Counted from the whole stretch's first letter, positions 1 to 13,900 are shown. The stretch is 62,968 nucleotides of DNA, filler included, from Jimgerdemannia flammicorona (GCA_003990765.1; 2 parts of 2 records of this genome joined end to end with filler, not necessarily neighbours in it), one strand, 5' to 3'. Numbers and translations: made by a program. The notes: generated by a model not told the origin, from the sequence alone.

Positions 1-3000
1 AAAAAAAAAAAAAAAAACTATAGTATACTAAGTATTTATATACTATATTGTTCACAAGTTACATCAGTCCTTACTAAAGGATGGTCTGTTCTCAGACTGT
101 TCTTTAGTTATCATTTTAGTAAGCATAGGTATTTTCTATATCAATATTAATATCATTATCTTCATTGATATTAGGGTTACTCTATTTGGGATCTGAGTGT
201 TATTTTTCTAGTTTCAGAAACAAGAACTCTACTTATTGTAATATACTTTAGAAGATGGCTTCATTCATTCTCTAGATACTATTGAGAAAGAACTATACTT
301 GGACAAGTACTTCTATATTATATCTATAGAGAGTATAGATCCTTTTAGCAGCTATGTCATTTTGGCAATTTAAATATACAGATCTTTCTATATATATATA
401 ATCTTAGAGGACTTGTCCAATAAAGTAGTAGGTCTACAATTAGTGGATTTGTAACAATCTCTGGACTATAACAAGATTTTCAAGATACTCTTAAATTCAT
501 CTATTTAGAGTTCCTTGAGATTGACAGAATGTGAGCATAGAAATAGACAGAGATTACAGGAAACTTAGAATGAGTGTCTGGAGGTACTGGTCAATTCTTT
601 TGTTTATAGTATAGAGAGAGGTATATATATCTTGAGACAATTGATATATATTAGTATTCTCAGAGTTCATCTATCTATATTTCTTAAATAGATACTGGTT
701 CCTCTGATATTTTATATAAGATAAGGTCCTTTCCATTTGGACTCTAGTTTGGTATCAAAGTTTGTTTCAATTATACTTCTCTAGACTAGTACTTAATCTT
801 CAATTTTGATCTTTTTATCCTTCTACTTCTAGTTATAATACTTCTTTTATTTTTCTTGAACCTTAATTATCTGAGCTCAGGGTTGATTGTATAATTGTTC
901 TGTATTTTTAAAAAGATCTCCAAGGTTCTCATGATCAGTATTTCTGATTTTCTTAACAAATATTATTTTGAACAACTTTTGTTTGATAGAGGTAGTAGGG
1001 GTGTTCTGAATTTCTCATAGGATCTCAGATAAGCAGAGATCTTAGTTGATAGAATTGACTTAGGTAAGTTCTTTCTTAGTGGTCTAATTCATTTACTCTG
1101 TTATACCATTGGTTTGAGGATAGTATAATATAGTTCATTTGAGGTAAATCTTGTAAATTTGAGAATAATTTATAATTATATTATTGATAAATTCTATACC
1201 TCAGTTAGAAAGAAGTTCTTTTGAAGGTCTATATCTGAGTATGAGGTCATAGAGAAGATTTAATAATGGTCAAGACATCAGCAATTTCTATTAGGAAAAC
1301 TTTGGGCTATTTAATTAGATATTCTATAAATACTAGAATATATTTATTTCTTCTTAGTATAATTGACAGGAGTCTAATAATATTTACTTTTCATCTCTGA
1401 AAGATGTTGTCCAGTAGTGTAATTTATTATAGTAATACTTAGTAATTTTCTTTTCTTAATACTTCTGGCAGATATCGTATTTCTTGAATATGTCTCTAAT
1501 TTATGTTCTGAGGTTAAGTTAATGTTGATATATTATTTATAGCCTTTCTTCTATATTTACCTGTCCTTGGTGGGATTTTTAGTATTCTTTTTAGATAAGG
1601 TCTTCTTGTACTTTAATAGTTATGAGAGCTTTCTTTAGAGTATAGTTTCTTGGTATACCCTTCTACTAGTTTGTTAGAGTTAGTGAGAAAGTATATCAAC
1701 ATTGTTGTAAGCTTTTCCTACTTTGTAGATAATAGTGATTTGGTAATTCTATAGGATAAGAATATAGCAGACAGGAATTATAATAGATTTCTTATAGTTG
1801 AGTGGCTATTTTAGAGCAGTATAGTCAGTTATTAGAGTAAATTTTTTCTAATAAGATAGTATTAGAACAGGGTGACTGCTTATATATCTGTAAGATATTC
1901 TACTTTAGTACTACTATAATTGATTTGTGCTAGTTGGTAGCTTAGCTTATATAAGCTATTATATAATACTACTAGTTAGATCCTTCTTGGGCTAGAACTG
2001 CTCTCAGATAATCTTTGAAGACATCTATATACAAGATGAATGGCTTCTGCAGATTGAGTCATGTAAGAATTAGTACTATGATTATACAGCTCTTGAGTTC
2101 TCTGAAGGCTAGTTCTTGTAGCTCCCTCTATTTATATAGTACTTCTTTCTTAAGTAGGATTCAGATTGGGGTAGCAATTTGGGGAAAGTCTTTGATAAAT
2201 CTTCAATAGTAAAATACTAATATCAGAAATGATATGTGGTATCTCCTTCAGAGTCTTGGATACTGACCAGTTATTGATCTTCTCAGTTTTTTTTAGATCT
2301 GTATGAGTTCTTTTTTTTAAAACTATAAATCTAAAGAATTTGAGTTCTGTTTTCCAAAGTAGTATTTTTTAGTATTAAGTCTCAAGTGGTTCTTGTAGGT
2401 GAGCTGGAATAATTCTTTTAGGTAGTATAGGTATTCTTCAAAATTTACTGAGTAGATATTAGAATTATCTATATATATAATTAGGCAGTAATGGATTAGT
2501 GGACTATAAACTGAGTTCATCATTCTTTAGAAAATGAGGAGTACATTGCAGAGCTCAAAGGATATTCAGAGATATTCAAACAATTTTTCTAGAGTAAGAA
2601 AAGCCATTTTCTTAATATTCTTGAAGTCTATGGGAATTTTGTGGAATCCTGCAAAGAGGTCTATACTGTTGAAGTATATATCTGGTATCTTATAATTGGT
2701 CTAGGAGGTCATCAATTCTGAGCAAGGGGTAGGTATCTTTTTCTATAACTAAGTTGAGCTTTTAGTAGTTTATACAGAGTCAATATCTTTCTTTCTTGGG
2801 TATAATAAGTATAGGACTGGCCCAGGGGCTAGTGGAGGGTCGGATAACTCTATTGTCTAAGAGTTTCTAGATGTGTTCTTTCTTAAATATCTTTCAGTGA
2901 TAGGGTATTCTTTTGAAGTAGTTAACCTGAAGGAGGTATACTTCTTTTTTATCTAAGTTTCCAAATCCTTCAGTTTGTCTTGTATCTTGAGTTAGAGAGT

Positions 3001-3259
3001 CTTGATCTTTATAAAGATTTCTTATATAATCTTTTATCCTTTATAGATTTGGTACTATTCTGTACTACTATTATTCAGAATGATCTTGATTTCTCTTATA
3101 TATCTAGAGTCTATTGTTCTTTCTTCTATAGTTATTTCTTATCTGATAAGTCCAGACTCTGAGATCAATTGGATGTAAGTTTCTTTAGATAGCTATATAG
3201 CTATAAGTACTATTGTTCTTCCAGACTTAATAGATTTATCTCTGAGGCTATGAAGGTCA
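1..3259 (-). mobile_element. Ty3/Gypsy LTR retrotransposon A, 3' half (dUTPase-RT-RNase H-integrase-extra ORF-start of 3' LTR), heavily decayed
   Basis: Minus-strand remnants: VIRPSTSPWASP (~2850), KDTYPLLRIDDLL (~2730), YFNSIDLFAGFH (~2660), IYIDN (RT YxDD, ORF 2323-2523), integrase YYPQTNG (~1110), KWKGPY (~730). Purine-rich tract followed by TGTAAC at 63 is the probable LTR start. Confidence 0.88.
150..600 (-). pseudogene. Extra ORF downstream of integrase in Gypsy A, unknown helical protein
   Basis: In-frame remnant TYYFIGQVL*DYIYIERSVYLNCQNDIAAKRIYTLYRYNIEVLVQV*FFLNSI*RMNEAIF. Boundaries approximate. Confidence 0.5.
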
Positions 3260-3261
3260 TA

Positions 3262-3651
3262 CAGTATGTTCCAAAACTAAACTAATGTTTTATTAAATTT
3301 TAAATTTTAAATATTTAAATAAAAATACTTTATATAAATATATTTTATCTTATAATATATTGTAGTTTTATATTAAAAATATTTAAAAATATTAAATTTA
3401 TTATTTTTAAATTTTTATTTTATCTTTAAAAAAAATTCTAAAAAAAAAAATTATTAATTCAGTTTTGAAATAAAATTATTTATAAATATTCTTTATTTAA
3501 TAGATAGATAATAAATTGAGATATATATTTAAAGCTTATTATAGTTATTCTTTTAATATTTCTCTATAATCTTATATAATTTATTTTTTAAAATCTTATA
3601 TATTTTATCTTTTAAAAAAATAATAAAAAACCTCTTTTTAAATATATATAA
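3262..3651 (+). repeat. Left TIR, piece 1
   Basis: Reverse complement of ~27440-27760. Confidence 0.88.
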
Positions 3652-5207
3652 TGTAATGGTGACCTCAGAATGATGACATCAGTACAGGAGACAGTCTTTC
3701 CTTATAAGCTATCAGATTGGATTACAAGAAGATTATACAGCATGACTTACCCAGGCTATGAGATGAGTAATGATGACCAACTGTAAGTCATTGTGACCAC
3801 AGGACAGGTATTTTGAAAAATATAAAAGAAGAATCAAGGAACCACAGTAGTAGCAACTCAATAAGACACACTAATCCCAAAATAGCTCAAAGACTTACCA
3901 TAAACAAAATGTCTGCTGCTCACCAAATCTCAAGATCAAGGTACCACCAAGGCTACTTAGTTGAAGAAAGGATGTTCTAAGATATCAGAAGAGCTATGAG
4001 GACCCATTTAAAAAGGACTCCTAGCCTCAACCTGGGTACTGAGGATCCTTATTACTTTATTCTCTACTACTATAAAATGGAAACAAGGATCACTATTGCT
4101 ACTGAATATCTCCAAATATTACAGAAGTATGAAATAGGAAACCTTCTATACCAGGAGTTCCCACAGACCAGCCCTCAAGAGTTAAAAGATACTACTTTTA
4201 TAAATATATATGAAACAAGGACAGTTAAGAAGATTTATCAGATCTTTAGGCATATATTATAGTTGATCCCCAACTTAGAGTATACTAGAGTTACAGACTT
4301 CAGAGATCTGTCAGCCTGCTATATTAATGTACTAGAAGTCAGAGTGGCAACAGAAGCTCAGTCCACTATCACCCTTGATAGTGATGAGGTATAAGAGTTC
4401 TGGTATTCCATCCTTCAGGACAACTCAGATCAATTTCTGCAAGGATTGATCTCTATATTCCAAGGCCCCAGTATCCAGGTCAGACCTCCCTAAGACCCCA
4501 CATTTATTCTCTATTTTGTAGAAGAGAACCTTATAGATTAGAGAGCCCCTGATTTCCTCACTACCAAATGTGATGATGTCATTGGCAATAATATCATTCT
4601 GCATGACATGTACAAAGTATAATATATGTGAAATGTACAATATAACTGATTTCATCTCCTTTAAAAACATCCTGACCTCTGATGAAGATAAAGCCCCCAC
4701 AGTCCTGAACATTCTGCTTTAAGTCCCTTAGTTATACAGAATTATGCTGGCATTCTTTTCCTATATAACAGCTATTTCTCTACTGGTATTCTGACCTTAT
4801 GTAACTCAGAATTATTCCAGCACTCTTTTTCTATATCACTAAAATTATACCAGCATTCTGAATCTATACAACCATCTGTGCCAATACTGGAACTTGGCAG
4901 TTTTCTGTATTCCAGCATTTTATTTAGTTATTGAAATTTATATTTAGCTTTATATCTTAGCAACTATTGAATTATATTTTGTATAAATATCCTTCTTATT
5001 TTCTTTGAAATAAAGTTAGTTCCAGTTCACTTACTCTCAATTCTATACAAGCAATCTAAGAAATAACAAGATAGTTAAAGATAAGAAGTTTGAGGACTAT
5101 AAGATCTTAGAAAGATACTCCAATAAGAACTTGCTTATAACAAACTTGAGTTAGTCTAAGAGATATACCTTGAAGAGAATCTGACATATTTGAAGGACTC
5201 AGTAACA
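3652..5207 (+). repeat. 5' LTR of B1
   Basis: TG...CA; matches 10908-10985 plus 16825-18291 and the LTRs of B2; TATA-like TATAAAT at 4982 and AATAAA at 5009. Confidence 0.93.
3909..4740 (+). pseudogene. LTR (U3)-encoded ORF, ~280 aa, unknown function, copy 1
   Basis: ATG at 3909; colinear with the same frame in the other three LTRs (…QKYEIGNLL…RTVKKIYQIFRH…). The 3' end is approximate. Confidence 0.75.
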
Positions 5208-5239
5208 ACTTGGTGTCCATTGACTGGTGATTCAAGACA

Positions 5240-8200
5240 AATTCCTCACTTTCAAGCTGAAAAACAAACAACCACTACAATAACTACCTTGACTACAAGA
5301 GTCACCCCTGCAAGAATTCAAGACAAGATAGAAATGTATCTCTCTACATTCTATGAATATACTACTGAAGAGTCAATCCTGACCTTCATTGAAGACTTTG
5401 AACAATTTGCCACTATATGAGCTCTTAACATGGATGCACAATTGGCCCTTCTACCAGTCAGCCTCAGAGGATCTATCAGAGACAAGTTCAATGTAGCTAC
5501 CATTGCTGATGCTGGTGCAGCCAAACTTGCCAACATGAAGACCTTCCTCAGAACCACATACTATACTGAAGAGATCAAGCAAGCTCTCAAGAATCAACTC
5601 AATACTATCTGCCAGAGACTTAGTGAAGATCCCAACTCATTCTATATCTGAATCTGCTATCAAATTGTCTTGCCTGACTATGATGACTGCCTCAAGGAAC
5701 AAATAGTAGATTCAACCTTCCTCAAAGGAGTTCACTCTGAAATTGCCCTAGCAATCCAGTCTACCCTAGCTGCACTGACCCTTGATCAGAAAGTAGTCTT
5801 TACACAGAGATATTAGACTGCCAGATACTCTATCAAATACTTAATGGAGAAAATAACTGGTATCAAGATGAAGCTATCAAAGTCAATCAGTATTATATCT
5901 ACCACAGTTGTAAACAGACAACCATCCCTACCTACCCCCAAGATAGCCAAAGCTGATCCAGTGGAGGAACTCACCAAGTAGTTTGCCAAGATGACTATAT
6001 ATCTTAGTGATATTATTAGAGAAGTCCAAAGCACTAACAGGAGACCAGCACAGAGATTTGCAGCTGCTACAGAAGAATGTAATATCATATGCTTCAGATG
6101 TAAAGAAGGCCACTATACAAAGAGCTGCATGACCAATATAAGATGTAAAGCCCAACTAAGCAATATTAGCAGAACTAGAGAACAAACCAATACAGTAGTC
6201 ATTGAGGAGATTGGTGATACTGATGATGAAGAATACTATGAGGAGCCTGAATTCAATCCTGTTACTGAAGATACCAGAACCTGGTCCAAGCCCTATGACA
6301 AGAAGAGCAACAGTAAGCCCGTTGGAAGACCAAAGAAGACTCTAGCTATTACTATTCAAAACAAGACCCAACCCAAGGAGATTGATCAAGATATAGAGTT
6401 AGATGAAGCTGTCTACCAAATTATTGAAGGCACTACTCCAGTCTCAGGAAAAAGTGAAAGCAAGAAGGAACAGAAGCTGTGCAAGACTAAGATCCACTAG
6501 TATGATATCTACAAGGACCTCAAGGAACAGAAGGTCAATACTACTTTTGGACAACTAGCCAAAGTCCCTGCCTTCAGATAGCAGTTGAGAGTAGGACTTA
6601 CAACCACTGCTAAGAATCAAGAGTACAAGATTGTAGAAGCTCACAATATACAAGAAGAATCTGAAAACTTAGGTGAAGAATCTGAAAACTAGTGCAAGAC
6701 ATCAGCCTATACTCTATGTCAGATTGAAGATTATATCTTTGATGCCATCATTGATACCAGTGCTAGAGAATGCCTTATGAGCAAGAAGGCAATTGACCAC
6801 CTAGGCTGAGATATTGAAGAGTCCACCAAGATAGTCTATGTCACAGTAGATGGTATACAAGCTATCCCTCTTGGCAAAATCCAAGAAGTCTCTATCAAGA
6901 TAGAAGAAGCTACCAATCCAGTAGATGTAATTGTTATAAGTGCCACTAACTATAACATCCTCATTGGCAACTAATGGCTTTATAAGGCCAAGACTATCAT
7001 TGACCTCAATGTCCAGAAGATGTAGATCAACTACAGAGGAAGAAAGATACAAGTCTCTATCAATGTCTATAAAGGAGTTCTACCAAATATAGAGAAAGGA
7101 GATGGAGAGGACACAGAAGTCTTTATGCACTTGGTGAACAAGAACAAGAACAAGACACTCAAGCTTACAGATGAGCAGTAGTATATATGTAACAAGATCA
7201 TCAATGGCTATGCCACTCAAGGAAGATGCCCCCACAGTACTAGGATGTACTGCTCCAAACACCTGAGTGACTGCTGGTCCTGCATCAGTGAAGTCAGAAA
7301 AATCCACTAATAGAAGTATGAGCAAGAAGCTGCCAAAGCAAAAAAGAAAGCTGAAGAAGATGACCAGCCCCCAGAGCTTCAAGCTGACAGTGATGATTAG
7401 GAGGAAAAAGAACCAGACATCACTCTCAAGGTCAAGAAGTTTCACTCCAAAGCTAAGATCCCAGAATACAAGACTGAAGGAGCCATAGGAATGGACCTTG
7501 CTAGCATTCAAGATGCTACCCTTGAACCCCAGACCACCACTCTACTTGGTACTGGAATTGGAGTCAAGTTGCCAGAGAACTATGCTGGAATTATCAAGAC
7601 TAGAAGCAGTCTAGCCAAAAGCAAAATCTCAATTGAAGGAGGAGTAATTGACCCTGATTACACTGGTGAGATCTTTCTTATAGTCAGAAATCACAACCCC
7701 ACTACTCCATTCGAAGTCAAGAAGTATGACAGGGTTGGCCAGATGCTGATCCACAAAATCAAGAAGCCCAAGATCACTGAAGCCATCAAACTCATCAAGA
7801 CTAAGAGAAGAGAACAAGGCTTTGGATTTACTGGAAGAGGAGTCTATACTGCCATCAAGATTACTGAACTTGAGCACAAGAAAGACAAGGACCAGAATAA
7901 GCACACATATACCATTGAAGAAAACTTCCCCCTGAAAGAACAGCTGCTCAAGATCCTATACCAGAACAAAGAAGTACTCACTACAGACTTCAGGAATATC
8001 CACAATTAAGAACCCAAGTACTATCATGAAGTTGACACCAGCAATACTAAGTCCATCTATCAAAAAGCCAGACCTATACCACCTGCTTACAGAGAATGGC
8101 TGCAAGCAGAACTCAAGGAAATTGAAGAAGCTAGAATCATCAAGCAAGCTATCAGTCTCTGGGCTTCACCTATTGTCCTTATCCCAAAGAAAGGAAGCAA

Positions 8201-9355
8201 GCCTAGAGAGTTTGCTCCAAGACTCTACATTGATTATGGGAAGCTCAATACAATCACCAAGAAGGATAGGCAGCTCTTGCCAAATATTCAAGAAATCCTT
8301 ACCACCCTTAGAAGCAAAGCCAAATACTACACCACCTTGGATCTGTTCTCAGACTTCTATCAGATTGGTCTCACTCAAGATGCCAGTGAGAAATCAGCCT
8401 TCATCACACCTAATGCCACCTATATTTATCTGCAAATTCCATTTGAAATGTGCAATACTCCAGTAAGTTTCAGCAAATGATGAACAGAGTCTTCAGCAAT
8501 AAGATTGGAAAATGGCTCTTTGTCTATGTTGATGATGTGATCATCTTCAGCAATACTACATGGGAATATGTCAATCACATACAACTAGCCCTCAAGAGAC
8601 TCAAGGAGTATGGCCTCTACATCAAGCCCAAGAAGTGTAAGTTTGTAGCTCAGAAAATTACCTACCTAGGACACCTCATCAACCAGACTGGAATTCACAT
8701 GAACTCTATGAAGATTGAGGCTATTGCAGCCTACCCAAGACCCAGAACAACTACAGAAGTCCATGCCTTCCTTGGACTGGCCTCCTACTATAGAAGATTC
8801 ATCAAAGGATATTTCAACATTGTAGCACCTATCTATGAGCTACTGAAGAAGGAAATCAAATTTGAATGGACTAAGGAATGTCAAGAAACCTTCAATAAAC
8901 TCAAGACCAGGTTGACTCAAGCACCCATTCTTAGAAGATCAGATTGGAACCTAGAGTTCATTCTGTAGATAGATGCAAGTGCTATAGGACTTAGAGCAGT
9001 CCTAGCTCAGAAGAAAGATGAACATGAATATGTCATCTCTTATGCAAGCCAAGGTACTCACAGAGCAGAACAGAACTATGAGTTATACTAGCTTGAATGC
9101 TTAGCAGTAGTTTAAGCAGTAGACAAGTTTCACTACTACCTAGCTGGGAAGTACTTCACTATTCAAACAGACCATTCTGCTCTTGTTTAGCTATTCCACA
9201 CTCTAAACCCCAAAGGAATATATATCAGATGGATCTACAGGCTATAAGAGTATAACTGTACTATCAAGTACTACTTAGAAAGAACCAATGCTAATGCTGA
9301 TGTACTCTCAAGGACACTCCAAAACACCTCCATCAAGACTATTCAACATAAATAA
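5240..9355 (+). pseudogene. B1 gag-protease-dUTPase-RT-RNase H polyprotein (inactivated)
   Basis: Zn knuckle CFRCKEGHYTKSC (~6090), protease IIDTSA (~6745), dUTPase, RT YYTTLDLFS and VYVDD, RNase H DASAIGL…; multiple stops. Start approximate. Confidence 0.93.
7420..7845 (+). pseudogene. dUTPase domain within B1 pol
   Basis: Trimeric dUTPase motifs GMDL, TRSSLA, GGVIDPDYTGEI, DRVGQM, RREQGFGFTG. Confidence 0.93.
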
Positions 9356-10593
9356 GAAGCTATACTATGGATTAATCAGCTATCTTGGGTAGTGGAAGAT
9401 GCCCAACCACCTTGAACCCTGGACTATCACCATCATCAACCAGACTTGGAAACAGTTTGAACTAGACAACACTATACTCAGAAAAGGAGAAAAGCTTGTA
9501 ATACTCAAATATAAGAAGTATTAAGTAATAAAGGAAGTATATGAATAAGGATACCTAGGAGGAATCAATATATACAATAAGGTAAGAAGAACTATATAGT
9601 GGCCCAAGATGGAAGAAGACCTGCACCAATTTGTTAAAGAGTGTGATAAGAGCTAAAAACAGAAACAAGATCAGTAAGATCAGGCACCCAGGTCATCAAG
9701 AATTGAGCCTATCCCCTTTCACTACATTGCAATAGATATAATTGGACTACTACCAGTGATGCTGTCAGAAAACTACTATATTATAGTTATTGTGAACCTC
9801 TTTACCAAATGGATAGAAGCAGGAGCATTATAAGAAGCCAATGCCCTCTCTATAGCCAACTTCCTGTACCAAGAAATCATCTACCACTACAAGACACCAA
9901 AGCAAATTACCACTGACTATAGTACAGAATTTATCAATGGATTCCATGAGATAATGTATCAGAAATACAAGATTCAGCATATCAAGACTACTGTGTACTA
10001 CTCTCAAGGAAATGGACAGATAGAAAGAACCAATAAGATTCTCAAGAACATCCTGGCAAAGATCTCAGACACATACAAGAATTGGGATAACTACCTCCCA
10101 AATGTCCTCTCTGTCCTACAAGATATACAGTTACAGAGCACACACTTTACCCCAAGAGAACTGCTCTTCAGAGAAGAAGATTCTGATGGAACCTCAGCTA
10201 CAAATCTAGATCTAACTTGGAGATAGATTGACTCAGAAATTTGGAGACTATACTAAATCAGAAAGAAGGCTGAAATTACATCATCAAGTTACAAGTACTG
10301 ATAAGAAAGAATGCAGAGAAGAATTACAAGGCCCTAGAACCCATCCAAATCAGAGAAAAGATTCTACTATATTGAAATATGGTAGAAGCCTTATGGTTAT
10401 GAAAACTGGAGCCCAAATAGAAAGGACTCTTCTATATACAAGATATCAAGAGAACTATCTTCTGGCTTAGAAAATTCTCAGAGACTATACTGCCTACTAT
10501 AGTATACAGAAACAGACTCAAGAAGTACCATGAACCTATATAAGAGAAGCAAAAAATGATGACCACCCATGAGATTCTAGTTCATGAATCATA
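9345..10593 (+). pseudogene. B1 integrase (HHCC, DDE core, GPY/F-like tail) in a different frame from RNase H
   Basis: Remnants WPKMEEDL…CDK, IAIDIIGLL, TKWIEA, YYSQGNGQIERTN, KLEPK. Confidence 0.9.
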
Positions 10594-10907
10594 ACAGCAT
10601 ATCTCATGACCAGCAGACAATCTGTCTGGACCATTCTCTAAGAGATATGGCACCAGCAACTACTCATCTGTAAGACTTTCAAAGCTAGAGAAGTTCAAAC
10701 CATCAACTGATTGGTCAAGTTCAGAATTAGGCTCTTGCTCTATATAAAGAGAGTGACTCTTCACCATCATACCAAAATATAAAAAGAAGATACCAGCCTA
10801 TAAATACTACTTTTTAACCCCCTGTCAGAGGTTATGAGATTAGTAAATTTTTCAGGACTGGACCAATGAATAAGAATGTTCAAGAAGATCCTTATTCAGG
10901 AGATAGA

Positions 10908-10985
10908 TGTAATGGTGACCTCAGAATGATGACATCAGCACAGGAGACAGCCTTTCCTTATAAGCCACCAGATTGAAGGACAAGA
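10908..10985 (+). repeat. 3' LTR of B1, first part (interrupted by LINE-1)
   Basis: Same start as 3652; continues after 16824. Confidence 0.92.
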
Positions 10986-13900
10986 TTTTTTTTTTTTTTT
11001 TTTATAGTCACTTGGACTCCTTTATTCCACTAGTCTATAGAATTACACTATCCATGTATCTCATCAATTACCCTAGAATAACAATGAACCCATCCCTCCA
11101 CTATTAAATAATAATACAAGGAAGGGCCCTTCAGCCTACACCTTCTTTCCACCTCACCCCCTTCTCACCAAGTACAAGGTGCTCCTGACTCCTCTGGACA
11201 ATGTCTAACACCTTCCTCATGGCCCCCAACTGGTGCCTCCTCCCCTGATACCACCACCCTTATACTACTTCCAAGAGTAACCTCTTCCACTGCTCCACCA
11301 ATTCTCCAATTCCCATCCAAGGATCTCTCTCAAACACCCATCGCCAGTGCACTGCCATCAGTACCCAGATGCCGATAATCTGACCCAGGCCTCCCCAGAT
11401 GTCCCCAATTACTCCCACCAGTCAACGCTTGATCACCCAACAAGTGGGGCCCTCTGTCTGCTCACTCTCTACTCCCCAATAACCTTTTAATGTCTACCAA
11501 AATCCTTCAACCCCTGGACAATCTGCCAGAACATGCTCTGGTGTCTGCACTACTCCCCCATCTAGCTCACAACACCACTCATATTCCTTTACACCTTCAT
11601 CCACCATCCACCCCATCCTGTACCCCAGCATGACATTCCTCTGCAAAAATTGCCGCCATACCACCCAGAACTTAGGTGGGGCAATCTTGAGTAGAGAGGT
11701 CCCCCAACCCCAAACCCAGCCCCACTCCCACTCTTCTCTAAACCCAGCCTTCTGCCAACCAACTGGCCACCTCTCAAGCAGTTCTGTCTGGATCCACTCC
11801 ATCACCCCAGTTAAAGAGTATTCTACCAATGGGTGGCCACTAATACGAATCACACCAAATTGTCACCATCACTGTTCTGGGTCCTTCTCTTCTCTGCCAG
11901 GCTCTGGGCCCATAAGCCCCATCACTAATCAAGCTTCTACAATACCCCACCAGAATCCCTGATAGCACAACCTGCCAACCTTTCCAACCTGGAGCAAACC
12001 TTGCATATCCTTCTGAATCTCACTCCAGGGACAGAACCTAACTTCCCAATTGTCCATAGCCAGTTTGCTCCAACCCTCTCCTCCTAATTCTGCCATTTGA
12101 CAACCCCACCAGCCCCAAAGTACCTTCAGCCACCTTTTAAAGTCCACCAGCCCCAGACCTCTATCTGCCTTTGACATTACCATTATCTCCCAACTAATCT
12201 GTGATCTCCTTCCTTGCCATAGCCATCCTTCAACCACCTTCTTCAGTTTCTGTACCACCCACCCTGGAAAGTCCAGGTGGTACCCCAAGTACCACAGCTT
12301 CGGCAACCAATATACATTCAAGACTACAATCCTCCCAACCAAAGAGAACCCCCTCCCAGACCAGTCCACCAAGGCATTCTCCCACTTCTGTATCAATCCA
12401 CACCACCACTCTTTCAGCAGCACTATCTCATATACCGAGAACCAGATACCCAAATATCGAACTGCCTCCCCAGAACCAACTAAATGTCCAAAATGTCCAT
12501 GCTCCCCCAAGCCTGCTCCAAGCTCCATAGTCTCACACTTGCCCCAGTTCAGTTTCACCCCTGCCAGCATCTCATACTGTCCTACCCCTTCCTGCAAGCT
12601 TGCCACATCTTCCACACTGCCTAACCCTACCACTATGTCATCCGCAAAGGCCCCCAGCTTCCAGACCACCTCTCCCATCTTCAACCTAGTAAGCCTCCTC
12701 TTCAGCCATGCCAACAAGGGCTCCAAAGATAAAATATAAAACAGGGGTGAGAGAGGATCCCCCTGTGGCACACCTCACCCTAAGAAAAACTCTGGGCCAC
12801 TCCACCCATTCATCAACAGTGCAGCCTGGTAACCTCGCACCAGACCCATCAGTTTTTGAGCCTCCTCCATGCCAAACCCAGCCTTCCATAGAACTGCCTC
12901 CAAGTAGTTCCACCTCACCCTGTCATAAGCCTTTTCCTGGTCCAAGAACACCATTCTTCCATCTATTTGCCGGCTTCTACAACCCTCTAAAACATTTTGC
13001 ACCCAGGCTGTGCTGTCACAAATCTATCTCCCCTTCACAAACCCTCGCTGTTCCTCACCAACCAATCTGCCAATTCATTATTGCATTCTCCCTGCCAGAA
13101 TCTTGGAGACCAACTTCCTATCCACATTCAGTAACATGATGGGCCTCCAGTTCCATCACACATATCTGTCCCCTTTCTCCTTCTAGAGCAGAGAGACTAG
13201 TCCCAAGGAGCCATTGCCAATCCAGCAGCCTTCCCCCAGCATAAAGTTCGCCATTTCCATGAGCCATGCCCCAAACTCAGTTTGAAACTCCTTCCAGAAC
13301 TCCCAGGGCAATCCATCCTCTCCTGGTGACAAGCCCACCTGCACTTTCCTCAGAACCTCCAACACCTCTTCAAGGGTCACCCTACCCATTACCACCCCAC
13401 CAATTGCAGGCTCTGCCACCACTGGCCAGCTGCCAACCAAATTGTTATTATTCTCCAGCACTGTCTCTCCCTTCACCAGACCTCCATTATCCTGCCATAG
13501 GGAGCACCATCAACCAGAGATCTCCCCAAGCATATCTGTGATATCCATCACCTCTATTCCATTCTCTCGCAGCACCGAAGCCCAGCTGTGCCACACTCTC
13601 CTGGCCTTCAAGATTCTGGATAAGTATTTGGTGGGTTGCTCTCTTTCTTCCAACTGCTTTGCTCACAATCTTGCCAGCAATCCATCCACCACCCTATCTT
13701 CTGCTGCCTTCAAATCTGACAGCAATTCTGCTACCTCCTTGATCAATAGGGAGTGTTGTTCCCCTGAGGAGTTCTCTCCTTTCAAAAGTTTTAGCTGCCA
13801 GCAAAGCCCCTGCTCCACTCTCCTTTCTCTATCCTTCTGCTCCCTTCCAGCTACCTCTCCTACATCATGCCAATATACACTAGCTAGATGTTTAAATTTC

